From Ginkgo biloba (Eukaryota; Plantae; Ginkgophyta): a DNA stretch of 32,871 nucleotides. The notes beneath the pieces are model-generated. The model was not told the origin of the DNA, searched no databases, and saw nothing but the letters and a program-made list of their open reading frames with translations. The position numbers were made by a program, and so were the translations under genes. The stretch lies in assembly GCA_024626585.2 (NCBI GenBank), contig JANKJI020000002.1, positions 54,484,337-54,517,207 of the forward strand, read 5' to 3'. Below are positions 12,900 to 24,459 of this stretch, in pieces. The number at the start of each line of letters is the position of its first letter. Positions within the stretch are counted from its first letter, which is position 1.

Positions 12900-14200
12900 A
12901 TCTTCTGGCAAGTCAGCATTGTCCTATAATTCTTCATATGTTATGTTTATCAGAGCTTGTGATATCCCAATGTGACCTTCTCTAGTATTATTCCAAGGAA
13001 CAAAGGCCTTATCACCTTCATATGGCGAGCAAGGGTAGTAGAGATGAAGCCACTACAAAGCTTGATAATATGTTTTTAAGGTTTTCTCTACATCATACAT
13101 ATTACCGGTGGTGAGGACTTCCCAATTTTCATCATGGAATTTAAATGTATTCTTAGTAAAATATTCACAAGATTTTTGAGTAATCCTAATGCCTACAATT
13201 TTTTTTCCCTATCCTATCATATTTTGATGGTTTTTCTTGAATTTCTCCAAAAACTAGAAAAGATCATATGTATCCAATTTTCTATGAATCTCATCATATA
13301 TTTCTAAGGGGGGTACATTCTTTGGGAGTTTTTAGAAGGGTCTATGGAATCCATATACTTTCAAGACCATGTAATCAACCCATTCAAAGATATCTCTAAG
13401 ACTATTCTTTTGAATGACCTCAATAATATATGGAGGTACATGTATAAATGCTTTCCCTTGATTCCTTTAGAATGCTTGTAATATTTTATAATATATATTT
13501 TTAATCTCCAAATCACTTAAGGTACCTTTCTTTTTTGTGGATAAATTGAAGAAGAATGTTTAGAGGAGGTAAGACTTTGGATATCCTCCTTTTTTTTGGT
13601 TGACTAATCCCTTGGGTAGGGGATAGTGTATAAAATTCATTACTAATAGAATTAGTACATGGCAAAATAATTTTGTATGGTCATCCTTTATCTATATGAC
13701 ATAGACCATTACTTTATGAACAAAGTAATCAATAAAATTGTACATTTCATCTTATTGGATTATCTCATAAATGATATGTATCCATTTGATTAGGATAAGA
13801 TTAATATCTAAGGATCCTATGAGTTAGAGGATACCTAAAGAAAGTGTTATATATGCACCTTCGATGATTATGGCCAATTCTACCTTTACTAGAGCATTTT
13901 GAATGATAGTGATTAGGGCCTCATTCAAAACATCCAGGGCCATATCCTTCCTATTCTTTTTTAATAATTTTTTCTCTTGGTCCATATTGATTGGGGCACA
14001 ATCATTGGGGATCCTAAACATTATTTAAATTAGTTCTATATCAAACTTTATAGACCTAAATTTGATATAAAATCCATTAGGCTCCATTACATAGATGATT
14101 TCCTTTACCAAGTTAGTGTGGTGTACTAGCTTAGGGACCAAGAGTATTCTATATGCCTAGGTATCTTCTATGACTCACTAAAATGTAGTTTGGGATGGGG
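12900..14200 (-). mobile_element. Decayed TE-associated accessory ORF (identity uncertain)
   Basis: Long stop-interrupted protein-like minus-strand reading (FRIPNDCAPINMDQEKK...KWIHIIYEII..DEMYNFIDYF). It resembles extra ORFs of gymnosperm Gypsy elements as I recall them. No diagnostic catalytic motif. Confidence 0.35.
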
Positions 14201-15130
14201 CATGATATGGTTACCATAAGAAATATTATAGGCCACCTAAGAACACTTATCAAACCCTTGGGGAATTTCATAATCAACATTGAGCTTGGTATAGATATTT
14301 ATGGTGAGGAATTTGGTTTCTTGGAATTACTAATAGAATACTATTTCTCATGGAAAGGATGAACATAGGTTTTAGGTAGAAACTTATGTGATGTTGTCCT
14401 CATATGAAGGTATTTTATATATTTTGTNNNNNNNNNNNNNNNNNNNNNNNNNNNNNNNNNNNNNNNNNNNNNNNNNNNNNNNATGCATAGTCTTCCAAAC
14501 AAGTCATCTTATTGAGTGTCACAACAATAAGCGATATGCAATCTAGGAAGCTATTTTGAAGTATGAATTATATTTATTGCATATGTGATTAGATACCACA
14601 TTGATAATGTTTTAATTAAGGAGGGTGGCTTCCACTATGGGTCCTTTATTCAATGACTTCTCAAGCATTCCCACAACCACTTATTTTAATACATTATCAT
14701 TTCTTATCATAAATGCACAAGATGTGGGAGATTATACTAATTTGGATTTCCTTATATAGAAATTACCTTCTTGTGAAAAGATTTGTTTTCCTAATTTCAC
14801 GGTTGGGTATGCCATGGTGGTTCAATTATTTGACCCTTATGGTTGTGCATGGTTTTGTGGCTTAAACAATAAACCAGATATCTTATTGTACTATTCTTAT
14901 ATTTTGAAATGAATTATCATGTGATAGAGCATTGTACATAGTTGTGTATTGTAATATTTTTTCTTTTTTGTTGGAGTGTAATTTGTGCATTTTTGTTATG
15001 CAAGGTCAATGTCATGCGTGATCATTCACANNNNNNNNNNNNNNNNNNNNNNNNNNNNNNNNNNNNNNNNNNNNNNNNNNNNNNNNNNNNNNNNNNNNNN
15101 NNNNNNNNNNNNNNNNNNNNNNNNNNNNNN

Positions 15131-15300
15131 TACATATGTGGGAGATGGGTATCCCCAGCATATGTGTGAGAAGTTTGATAGCTAGTGGAGGAGTTTTGTT
15201 TTCATAAACCAGTTTGCATTTAGGTGGATGTTTATGCATGTTACATATGTGGGAACGGCATATTTCTAGCGCATATGTTGTGAAGTTTGACAGCCATTGG
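15131..15300. repeat. 111-bp-period repeat whose unit contains a short hairpin
   Basis: tacatatgtggga...gcatatgt..gaagtttga at 15131 and 15242. ACATATG...CATATGT arms in both copies. Abuts an N gap. Confidence 0.65.
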
Positions 15301-16576
15301 ATTTAATTGTTGATCGACGACTGACTTGATCTTGTAGGTCATAGAGTGGAAGATGAACAAAAATTCAGGAAAATATACATGAAACAAAGTTTATAAAATT
15401 GAAGGACGACTTAGACCTTCTTAGAAAGGATATTGGAAACAACTTGATTGTTCCTACCATGGGTACACCCCTTTCAATGTCTGATAAGATAGAAGGGCTT
15501 AGGCCTTATTGATATACGATTTTATGAGCTCGGATTCTAGGCATTACAGGAGGCATCTTGGTGGAAAAGAATCACAACATACAGGCCAACATGAAAACAA
15601 AAAGAGAAGAGGTGTCCTAGTTAAAGCACAGGATGAATATTTTGGTGCTCAAATTAAAAGATCCATAGCAGGCAAGGCCTAACTTGGAAGCAACCCCAAC
15701 ATTAGTTCTTATGGATTTATGGAATAGGATCTTGGCCTTCAGATTCTCTATCTCTAACTTGAATGTTGAGAGACCCCTAAGATGTGATAAGTTGAAGGGC
15801 AAGGTTGGAGAGATGACGGGCACAACTGCAATGATGATGAACAAGGGTAGTAAGATAAGGAGTTATTGTGCTAAGATGGAGGATCAAATGACTGTTGCCT
15901 CTTTGTTGCCATAGTGTGTGGAAAAAGGATGGCTTGAGCAAGATTTAATGGCTAACACTACATCACTATTTGCTTGTGAGGCATTGACTTCTAAGCATCT
16001 AATGATGTTGTGGGAAAATCAAGTTGAGGTCACACACACTATTTCTGGGAGAACTGTAAAAAGGAGATTGTCAAGTTATTAGCCAAGACAAAAGACTTGG
16101 AAGGATCATCTGGAGTGTCTAATGAGGCAACTATGTCTTTCTTCATTCAACTTCAAGACATCCAAGTGTTTTCTACTAGCTTGTTGATCCAAATGATACA
16201 AGTAGAGAGCCTAGTGGATCAGGCAATTAATTATGGGATAGAGCCGAAGGCACCATCTCCACCCTCACCTCTACTTGTTTAGATTGCACAAGAGGTAGTT
16301 GTGCAGGCAACAAAAGTTGAGGCCATTGAATTGGAGAAATTGTTGGGTGCAACTCAACCTAGTCCTACGCTAGCCAAGTGTTGAGGGGAAGAGTGGACTC
16401 CAACACTCCCTCAACAACCATTCAACCAAAGATGGTGGACAAGCATTTGTGATATAGGCAAACTATACAAAATTGAGAGAGAGGAAGTGTACTCACTCCA
16501 ACTAGTTGAATGCTTGCAAAGATGGGCATAAGGTCCTCTTGATTGTTGCAGATGGATGAGAATCCTTTGCCTATGA

Positions 16577-17025
16577 GATGAGAAGTTGCAATGTTGTATG
16601 CTTTATGGAACAAGTGCAATTTTGTATGCTTGTGAAGTTGTGTGGGGTTGTCTATTTCTTGGCTTTTCAACTATCTTATGCACTAATAAGAAGTTGCGGC
16701 ATTACATACTTGATGGTGCAAGTGCAATTTCCAATGATTATGAAGTCACATGGGGCTATTCATTTCTTATATTTTTGGATTCCTTATGCACTGATGAGAA
16801 GTTATGATATCACACACTTGATGGCACAAGTATAATTTTTCATGCTTGTGAAGTCACACCAGGTTGTCCATTTCTTAACTTTTTTACTATATTGTGCACT
16901 AATGATTAGTTGTGATGTTGCATGCTTAATAGTACAATATAAACTTGCATGCTTATGATGTTACATAGGGTTGTCTATTTTTTATCTTTTTGGATGCCTT
17001 GTGCACTGATGAGAAGTTATGACTT
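16577..17025. repeat. 108-bp tandem array (4 units plus a partial) with A-B-A-B structure
   Basis: Unit starts at 16577, 16685, 16793, 16901 and 17008 ([g/a]at[g/a]agaagtt). Lies just 3' of the element B integrase. Confidence 0.88.
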
Positions 17026-17184
17026 ATGGACTTAATCAAAATATATAACATTTGAAAATCTCACAGTCTAGCACCAACTCATGGATAAAAGAAAAAATTA
17101 AGGAATGACTTATCTTTACAAGAAGACATTTCCTTGTGAAAAATATATAAATATGGTACCCTCATGTGGCCTCATGAAATATCA

Positions 17185-19294
17185 AGTTCTAAATAGTTTT
17201 ATTCAGGATCCATTAACTCGATTTGGAATAGCCTCCCTAGATAGATTTACTAAATTAGTGGAGCTATTCTCATGTAATTACGCTAAGATGTAGGGACCAA
17301 GCCATCATTTCTTAAGCTTACATTTCATATTTTTAAACTTATTGTGAAAGAGGAGAACCAAGTCAACTTTTTGGAAATGCAATTCATGTTGCCTACAATC
17401 ATGTGCTTCTTTTGTTTTCTTCTACATCGTTTCTTGATGCCAAATTGCAATGGAACAAGTTTCTTCCAACTTTTTCAACTATACAAGTCATTCTTGCAGA
17501 GATGTTGTATTATCCCATTTATGCTATATAGAAATGAGAAGGATGAAAATCATTGATTAGAATAAAATCTTCTTGGATGAAGGCTAATTGAAATGGAGTG
17601 TAGCTGATGGTTGGATTAAAAATAGTGCAAAATGCCCATAATACTACGTGCAATTTATTTTCCCAATTTCATCATCCTTCTGCATAATTTTTTATCAATA
17701 GATTATAGATAATTTTATTTGAATATTTGGATAATCCATTACAAAGTAGATAGTAGGGAGTGCTCTTTTGATGATGTATCAGGAACTTGAAATTTAGTGT
17801 TGAAATGACATTGTTGATCAAATGCATTCCTCTATCACTTACCAATTTAATTGAACAACCAAAGTGTGCCATCATGCATTCATAAAGGAAATCATGATGT
17901 TGTATTAGCAGTATTATCTTGGGTGGACCTAGATTCAACCCATTTGGTGACATAGTCCATCATAACAATGATATATTGTGCTTATGTTTTGAGCGTAGGT
18001 AGCTTAATGGGTCCAATGAAGTTGATCGACTATTTTTTAAAAGGGAATTGTACTCGAATAGGATTTAGGGGCATGAAGTCTTAAATAGTTGGCTTCCCAA
18101 GTCGTTTGTAAAAATCACACTACTTGTACCAAGTGTAAACATACTAAAATAAGGCTCAGCACCATAGGCCAATCATTAAGACTTTTTTGTTGTTTTATCA
18201 CAAGATTTATGGCCTCAAGTAATTCCATCATAGGATTTGTGCAAAACATCTAGTATATCTTATAGTACCACACATTTGTAGAGTACCTTATATTTTCTAA
18301 GTTTGTACAAATGTCCACTAATCAAAGTGTACATAATTTCCTTCCTTTCCAAATTCTTCTTCTGATAAGTGCTATATGGAGAAGGTCCCTAGATGGTGGA
18401 TAGGTAGTCGACTATCTCCTAGAGTTCAAATGGAATAACATTCACCTTGTATAAGTGAATGTCTAAGAATTCATCCTGAATATCCTCCTTTTTAACATTT
18501 GCAACTCTTGACAAATGGTCTAGTTTAACATATGATTTATTAGTATTGAGAAATATTTTAAAATCATGCTCCATCATTTCAAGCATCCTTGATGAATATA
18601 TATGTTGACTATGTATTTTAAGTCTTGATGGTCTACATAGAATTTAAACTTATTNNNNNNNNNNGCTAGAAATTTTATGCTAAGTAGATCATTCCAAGTG
18701 CTTCCCACTCAGTTGTTGATTAATTAACTTTGTCCTTACTCATATTTCAACTTTCATAGTGTATGGGGTGGTCAATATTGCCAAGCCCTGGCTATGCTAA
18801 TATTACACTAATGGCTATCATTGAAGCACCGATGTCCACGTGAATTTTTTTATCCTATTTAGGGAATTATAGAATGGGTTATTCTATTAATCTTATTTTT
18901 AAGAGATCAAAGNNNNNNNNNNNNNNNNGGATTCAGGTGTCCATATAAAGGCTTTCTCCTTCCTTAATAGTCGATCCAGTGGACCAACGAACTTTGCATA
19001 ACTATTGATATATTTTTTATAACAACTAATGTATCCCAAGAATGATTTAATATTAGAGGGATTAGCTGGGTATGAAATATCTATGATCACTCTTATTTTG
19101 GTCATATCTACCATCATGCCTTCTATACATATGATGTGGCCCAACAGTCATCCAAAAGGTGTCAACATCTAATACTTATCTAAATTCAATGATATGCATG
19201 TTTCTGTACATCACTGTAGCATTATGTGTAAGTGTGCAATATGGTTAGAGATGAACCCAAACATGGACTAGTCATCAAGATAAATTTCCAAGAA
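17185..19294 (-). mobile_element. 5'-truncated Ty3/Gypsy pol (element B): RT C-terminal half, RNase H, integrase
   Basis: EIYLDD*SMFG (19288-19256), LLGHIICIEGMMVDMTKI...IKSFLG, RNase H near 18650-18850, INT core FLYECMMAHFGCSIKLVSDRGMHLIN...HQKSTPYY, and the C-terminal GPY module KLKK*WLGPY...RVNGS. Confidence 0.92.
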
Positions 19295-19487
19295 ATAGAA
19301 CTCCTTCACCAAGATCCCCAAAAGGTTCTTGACCAGTAACCCAAAAAGTCGTATAACCGAAAAGCTTTTCCTTAATTAATTGTACATCTGCTGGATCTAC
19401 TTTCTCAGGTCCAAGGAGCTCCATCAACTTGAAAGCATCCATTTGAAAATTAATTGGTGATGATTCTGACTGAGGGCTATTTGATGA
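19281..19487 (-). CDS. EGY1: Internal exon (3'-truncated) of chloroplast M50/S2P-family zinc metalloprotease EGY1
   Basis: DAFKLMELLGPEKVDPADVQLIKEKLFGYTTFWVTGQEPFGDLGEGVLFLGNL is nearly identical to recalled plant EGY1 (DSFKLMELLGPEKVDPADVKLIKDKLFGYSTFWVTKEEPFGDLGEGILFLGNL). Phase-0 acceptor upstream. No stops until the RT junction (TGA at 19277-19275). Confidence 0.93.
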
Positions 19488-19510
19488 CTGCAAAATGAAA
19501 AATTAGAACA
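19488..19510 (-). promoter_or_regulatory. 3' splice site (branch point, pyrimidine tract, AG) of the intron preceding the EGY1 exon
   Basis: Minus strand reads tgttCTAATttttcattttgCAG|TCATCA. T-rich intron-like sequence continues to ~19960. Confidence 0.85.
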
Positions 19511-20016
19511 ATGGAAAATTCATTTATGCCAAAAGCATTGTGCCTTCGAATCTCTATCTAAAACTACACAAAGTGCATCAGAGAGTTTTTGAGAATCTGA
19601 AACATTTCACAAATACCTAAATAAAGAAAGTCAACAAAGAGTATTTAGACCAAATCCTTCCTGCTGTATTCTTCTGTCATGAGTAATTATTCTCACAATG
19701 CAAGACAATGGCATGATTAAACTTCTTGGGAGAGAAAGTCTCTCTTTTTTCTGCAATAATTATTCTAGAATGTAAAAACAGGATAAAATATTCCAAAAAA
19801 ATGAGTTATGTAAAATATATGATGTTAGGAATAAAGGATAAAATGTCAAAGTTATGGAAGTCTAAAGGAGATGAGCAAAGCCAAAACAGCATAGCAACAA
19901 AACCTGTTTTCTTCACTCAAACAAAGCCAATATTAACAGAAATGCAAGAAATAACTTTTGACNNNNNNNNNNNNNNNNNNNNNNNNNNNNNNNNNNNNNN
20001 NNNNNNNNNNNNNNNN

Positions 20017-21700
20017 NGAAATGTGGTTATACTTTCTCCATATGGTGATTGTACTATACAGTATGTTTTGACTACCCTTTGGAAGGTAAAATCCATCATT
20101 TTTTCTATGATATTTTCAAAGAGGGTTCTTGGTGGCCTTGCATTATGAATGAAAATTTGGATAAGTTGGTGTCATTTTTTTGCCCAATATTAGATTTCTA
20201 AATGAGTTTCTTGGTATACATATCAATTATATGGGATACCATATAAATTGGATCCTTATTCATTCAATTTGAACACATATTTGTTGATCTTTGAATTGAT
20301 GAACCATTGTTCCCACGTTGTGCATGTAGTTTCTAAAAATTGGATGGTATAGGATCTCCCATCATATTATAGTTGTGCATGTTGAAACTTATTAGAATCT
20401 AAAGGAGATGAGGCTCTTGATCTTATAGATTATTTGGCTCAGCTTCATTACCTTCTTTCACATTGGCAATTTCTTTCTGAGACTCCAATAGTAAGTCTTA
20501 TGCTTAATGATAATGTTATTTTTATTATTTTGGGTTGGGGTAGTCAACATTTTCTTTCCCCTTCCCATGTTATTTATGGGAGGTTCCACTCTCCTCTATA
20601 GCTTATGGATGGAATCCTCATGGATTGGCATAAGTGGCAAGATGAGCCTCCTTGTTTTTAGTTGTGGGGTTGGTTTCAACCTTCATCAATCTTACATTCT
20701 TGACTTATTCCAATAAGACAAGACATGTTCTTATGTCATGATCATAGATGATACATACATAATAAATTAAGACACTTGGTATGGAGAAAAGGCATGATCT
20801 TAAAGTAAGACCCCATTGATTATATTTAAAGCATTTCATAATGCAAACATCTTTGACTTTTAGCTCAACATTCACTTTGAATGCATCATCCATATTAACA
20901 TCTTTAGGGGATTCTATTGAACTAGATCCCACATTATTTTTGGAGTTGTTTGTCTAATTTTTCGTTTTATGGAAATTTTGGGGGTTACTCTAGCATTTAT
21001 TCTTATTGTGATGATATGTGTTATGGATGTTATAGAAATTATCATTATTCTTTTCCCTCTAGTGAGTATTTCATCTCAAGATACCAGGTTTATTTTACAG
21101 AGGACATGCACCCCTTCGATGTTTGCTTCTGCTTGGTTTACACCATATTAGGTATGTATTTGAATCCAATTTTGGGTTCATCTTCTTAATAGAATCCTAA
21201 AACTCTTTAATAGTTTGTGATAGCCCATTGGTTTTATCTAAGGTGTCCATCCATGTACAATTTTCCTTAGTTTCCATATAAATGGACTTTATCAATACTT
21301 CATGATATATTTACAGGTTTCTCTATTTAACCTAGGCTCATATGTTAGAAGTGAGACCAATGACAAACCATCCAATTTTTTTCTCTTCTTGGAGAGCATA
21401 TGGAAGTCTTACTATTATGGATTTAAACTGTGCATCATAATCCTTGATGATTTATTGTCATTTCTACTATAATTTTTTTTATTCTAAGAACACTTTTTAC
21501 ATTAGTTTTGAATAAGCATATCCATCCTTAAATTTTGTTTCCATTTTGGCCTAAGTGGTCTAGTATTGAGTGGTATTATTTTTGCAATACCATTCATGTG
21601 CTAGTCCTCAGAGAGTAGTTAAAAACTATCTCCATTTAATATTGGAATTCATAATGTCATAGGCACCCCAAATTATTTTGTAGGTGAAGAGCTGGCTTTT
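20017..21700 (-). mobile_element. Highly decayed probable LINE (L1-like) ORF2 remnant
   Basis: Faint motifs in the expected order: IISITSITHIITIRINARV (cf. PISLxNxxYKIIxKxLAxRL), KQGGSSCHL (cf. RQGDPLSP), LYGIP (cf. YLGIP), RPPRTLFENIIEKMMDF. Similarity is weak. Confidence 0.35.
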
Positions 21701-22686
21701 TGCATCCCCACTTCCCTAAAATGTATAAAGATACTANNNNNNNNNNNNNNNNNNNNNNNNNNNNNNNNNNNNNNNNNNNNNNNNNNNNNNNNNNNNNNNN
21801 NNNNNNNNNNNNNNNNNNNNNNNNNNNNNNNNNNNNTTTTAGGATAAAGACTGTGCACAAGCATGTTACTATTTTAAAATATGCTTAAGTTAGTATGCAT
21901 TTATACATGGACTATGGAAGTGTACATGGGAATATTTCCTAATAGGAGCTATGTTACTATGTACATCCTATGAATTTTACATAAAAGAGGTCATAGCTTG
22001 TGTTCTCACACAATTTTGACCATTCTAATAATTATATATATTCATATTGTGCTCTTACAATTTATAATAGAGAGAGATTATTTTCCTTTATCCAATTCCT
22101 GGAGTTTCAGAGATCATTTGTTATATTATTTAAGTGATTAGATTTGTATCTTCTTATGAGAATATATGTCATAAAATATTGTTCAAGGGACCATGTGAGT
22201 GTGTGATAGGTTCTTAGGTTCTTACAAGTCACTTTTTTGAGCTTTATGTGAGTTTGGAACATGTGGTGAATCTTTTTACACAAATAATATACTTTAAGAA
22301 AAATTATCTCAGTGCATTAGGAGGAAGTGCGACTCATCTAGGAAAATGCATGGTGCTCTCAAAAATTCTATGCATTTTTCTCAATTTTGTATAGACTCAA
22401 TTTTTGGCAAAATAACTTATTTCTAATAGGGACAGGGTCATATAGTTATACAAAGAGGATTTATAGAAAAGTTTTAGAGGACATAAAGAGTTGAAAGGAC
22501 AAGACTACCCCATGGCTTATGATCAATGGTTCAATAATCCAAAGGTTTATTTCATTCCTCTGCCATCAAGTATGTCACCCTCATACTATAATTTCATAAA
22601 TTTGGATTTGATTCTATCAAATACTTTTATGGACGTGACTTGAATTTCTTTCCATTCTATTCTTTTATTAAAATAGTTTGACCTCT

Positions 22687-24168
22687 TGTTGACTAGTTTA
22701 TAACTAAGTCAACATTTTCATTATTCTAGGTTGACCTACTAAATTCACCTAAAAGACTGACTAATCACCAGGTTAGGAGGCAATGTAATTTCATGCAATA
22801 GAAAGGTGAAAGGTAGACCTAGGGAAAACATGAGGTTTAGAATAAGATAGTAAATACCTAATAGGAATTTGAAATCCAAAAGCGCCTCTATAAACTAAAG
22901 GCTTAGTTGGCTATGATAGCTAAATTGTTCTATGGGTAGTATTTTTGTCTCATTATTATTTGTAATAGTGATTGAGTTTGAGGTTGTTCATTGTATGATC
23001 AAGGTTTAATTTATTTAAATATATGTAGTNNNNNNNNNNNNNNNNNNNNNNNNNNNNNNNNNNNNNGGTTGTAGTTAATTGTATTTACATGTGTTTATGA
23101 AAATACCAATTGATGCATGAATCTTTAAAAAAATTAAGTGAATAAATAATAAATATTATGATTATATTTCATTAAAAAATTCAATGAAGATAACAATTCA
23201 TGTTAACAATAAATCAACGTTTGAAACCTCATTGGTCTCAAATACATTAAATAACTTTTATGTAAAAAAATTTCAATGGTAAGATTAAAAAGAATTAAAA
23301 TCAAACCACATACTTAGAAATCTATCTACATAAGAAAAGTAGAAGAAAGGAATAAAATGAACTATGTAACATAAATATGAACCTGATACATTATAGTGAT
23401 TGAATCACACTTTCTTTCTCTCTCGCACAATATTTACTCCTACACCATTGACCTCAAACAAAAAGCAACCTCTATCATTAGAAGGGGGAAATGACCGATA
23501 TGATGGATGAAATGAACAAAAGAGGATATTAACGAGTAGTAATTATAAAGAGTTGAATGAAATACCAAAATGATTACATAAATATTAGTGTGTCAGCATG
23601 AAACAATGGATAAAAGAGAGTTATCCCCCTTAGGGAGAGCTCTGGATCATATGAAAGTCAAATGTGACTGGGTGATGAGATGGGATATTATTCCTTTTAA
23701 TAAATTAATTTTATAATTTAGGAAAGTTTAGAAATGTATGGAAATTAAAAACATTAGGAAATTAGGAGACTACGTAAGAAGAAATTGAATGAAATCTCTG
23801 TGTGTAAGTAATGAAATATGGCTAAACCAGAAAGGGAGGATCATTGGACTGCCTTGAGTTGAATGCAACATTCATTAAGTGATACACTTTGTCATAATAA
23901 AGAATATATATAGTTTTTGTGGCCACTATGTTTATAAATGTTCAAAAATTCTAGATTTCAATTATAAATCCATTAGTGAGGCCAAGATTATTAAAATGGT
24001 TTTTATTGGTCACATGGGTATTCCATATAACTTGAAACTCTCCTCCAAAAGGAGATAAAGGGATTTTGAAAGGTTTTTTGGATAAATAATGGTGTAAAAG
24101 ATGATGATAATGATTAATGGTGACTAAATATAAATGGAATGGAGTATTCCTTATGTTAGAGAGGTCCT
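22687..24168 (-). repeat. 3' LTR of element C (runs into the N gap at 24169)
   Basis: Colinear with 24460-25952, e.g. aggttgaccta..aattcacct, ataaataataaatattatgatta, gggagagct.tggatcatatgaaa. Confidence 0.88.
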
Positions 24169-24436
24169 NNNNNNNNNNNNNNNNNNNNNNNNNNNNNNNN
24201 NNNNNNNNNNNNNNNNNNNNNNNNNNNNNNNNNNNNNNNNNNNNNNNNNNNNNNNNNNNNNNNNNNNNGCGTAATGGATTTGAGGTGAGCCATAGAGTTT
24301 CCATGTGGTGAGGACTATGACACGTTCTTTTAAGTAGTTGATTGTACTCAGGATCTAGACCTTATAAGTTTCTAGAGAACCTAGAGCTAATAGAGGACTC
24401 ACTTGACATACACTTCAGGGTGGGAGATTAGGTCAC

Positions 24437-24454
24437 TCCTTAGTGGAGTCACCA
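24437..24454 (-). promoter_or_regulatory. tRNA-Arg-type primer binding site (Tat/Ogre-like)
   Basis: Minus strand TGGTGACTCCACTAAGGA, compared with recalled TGGCGACTCCACTGGGGA (three transitions). It lies 5 T downstream of the LTR end at 24460. Confidence 0.75.
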
Positions 24455-24459
24455 AAAAA

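Noticed and set aside
16577-17025. CRISPR-like array (also 780-1175, 15131-15300, 31686-31930)
   Set aside because: Whole units are homologous with no unique spacers, there are no cas genes, and the context is eukaryotic TE.
19275-19493. A standalone 72-aa gene starting at TTG 19493
   Set aside because: TTGCAG is the intron acceptor, so this is an internal exon. The stop comes from the RT side of the junction.
19861-20412. Exact 15-bp repeat tctaaaggagatgag at 19861 and 20398 as a possible TSD
   Set aside because: One 15-mer match is roughly expected by chance in 33 kb of AT-rich DNA, and no element boundaries coincide with it.
22770-22790. aggttaggaggcaa-TGTAA as a PPT plus LTR start
   Set aside because: Homology between the copies extends ~95 bp further left to TGTTGAC, where the terminal repeat and TSD fit. 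This motif is internal to the LTR.
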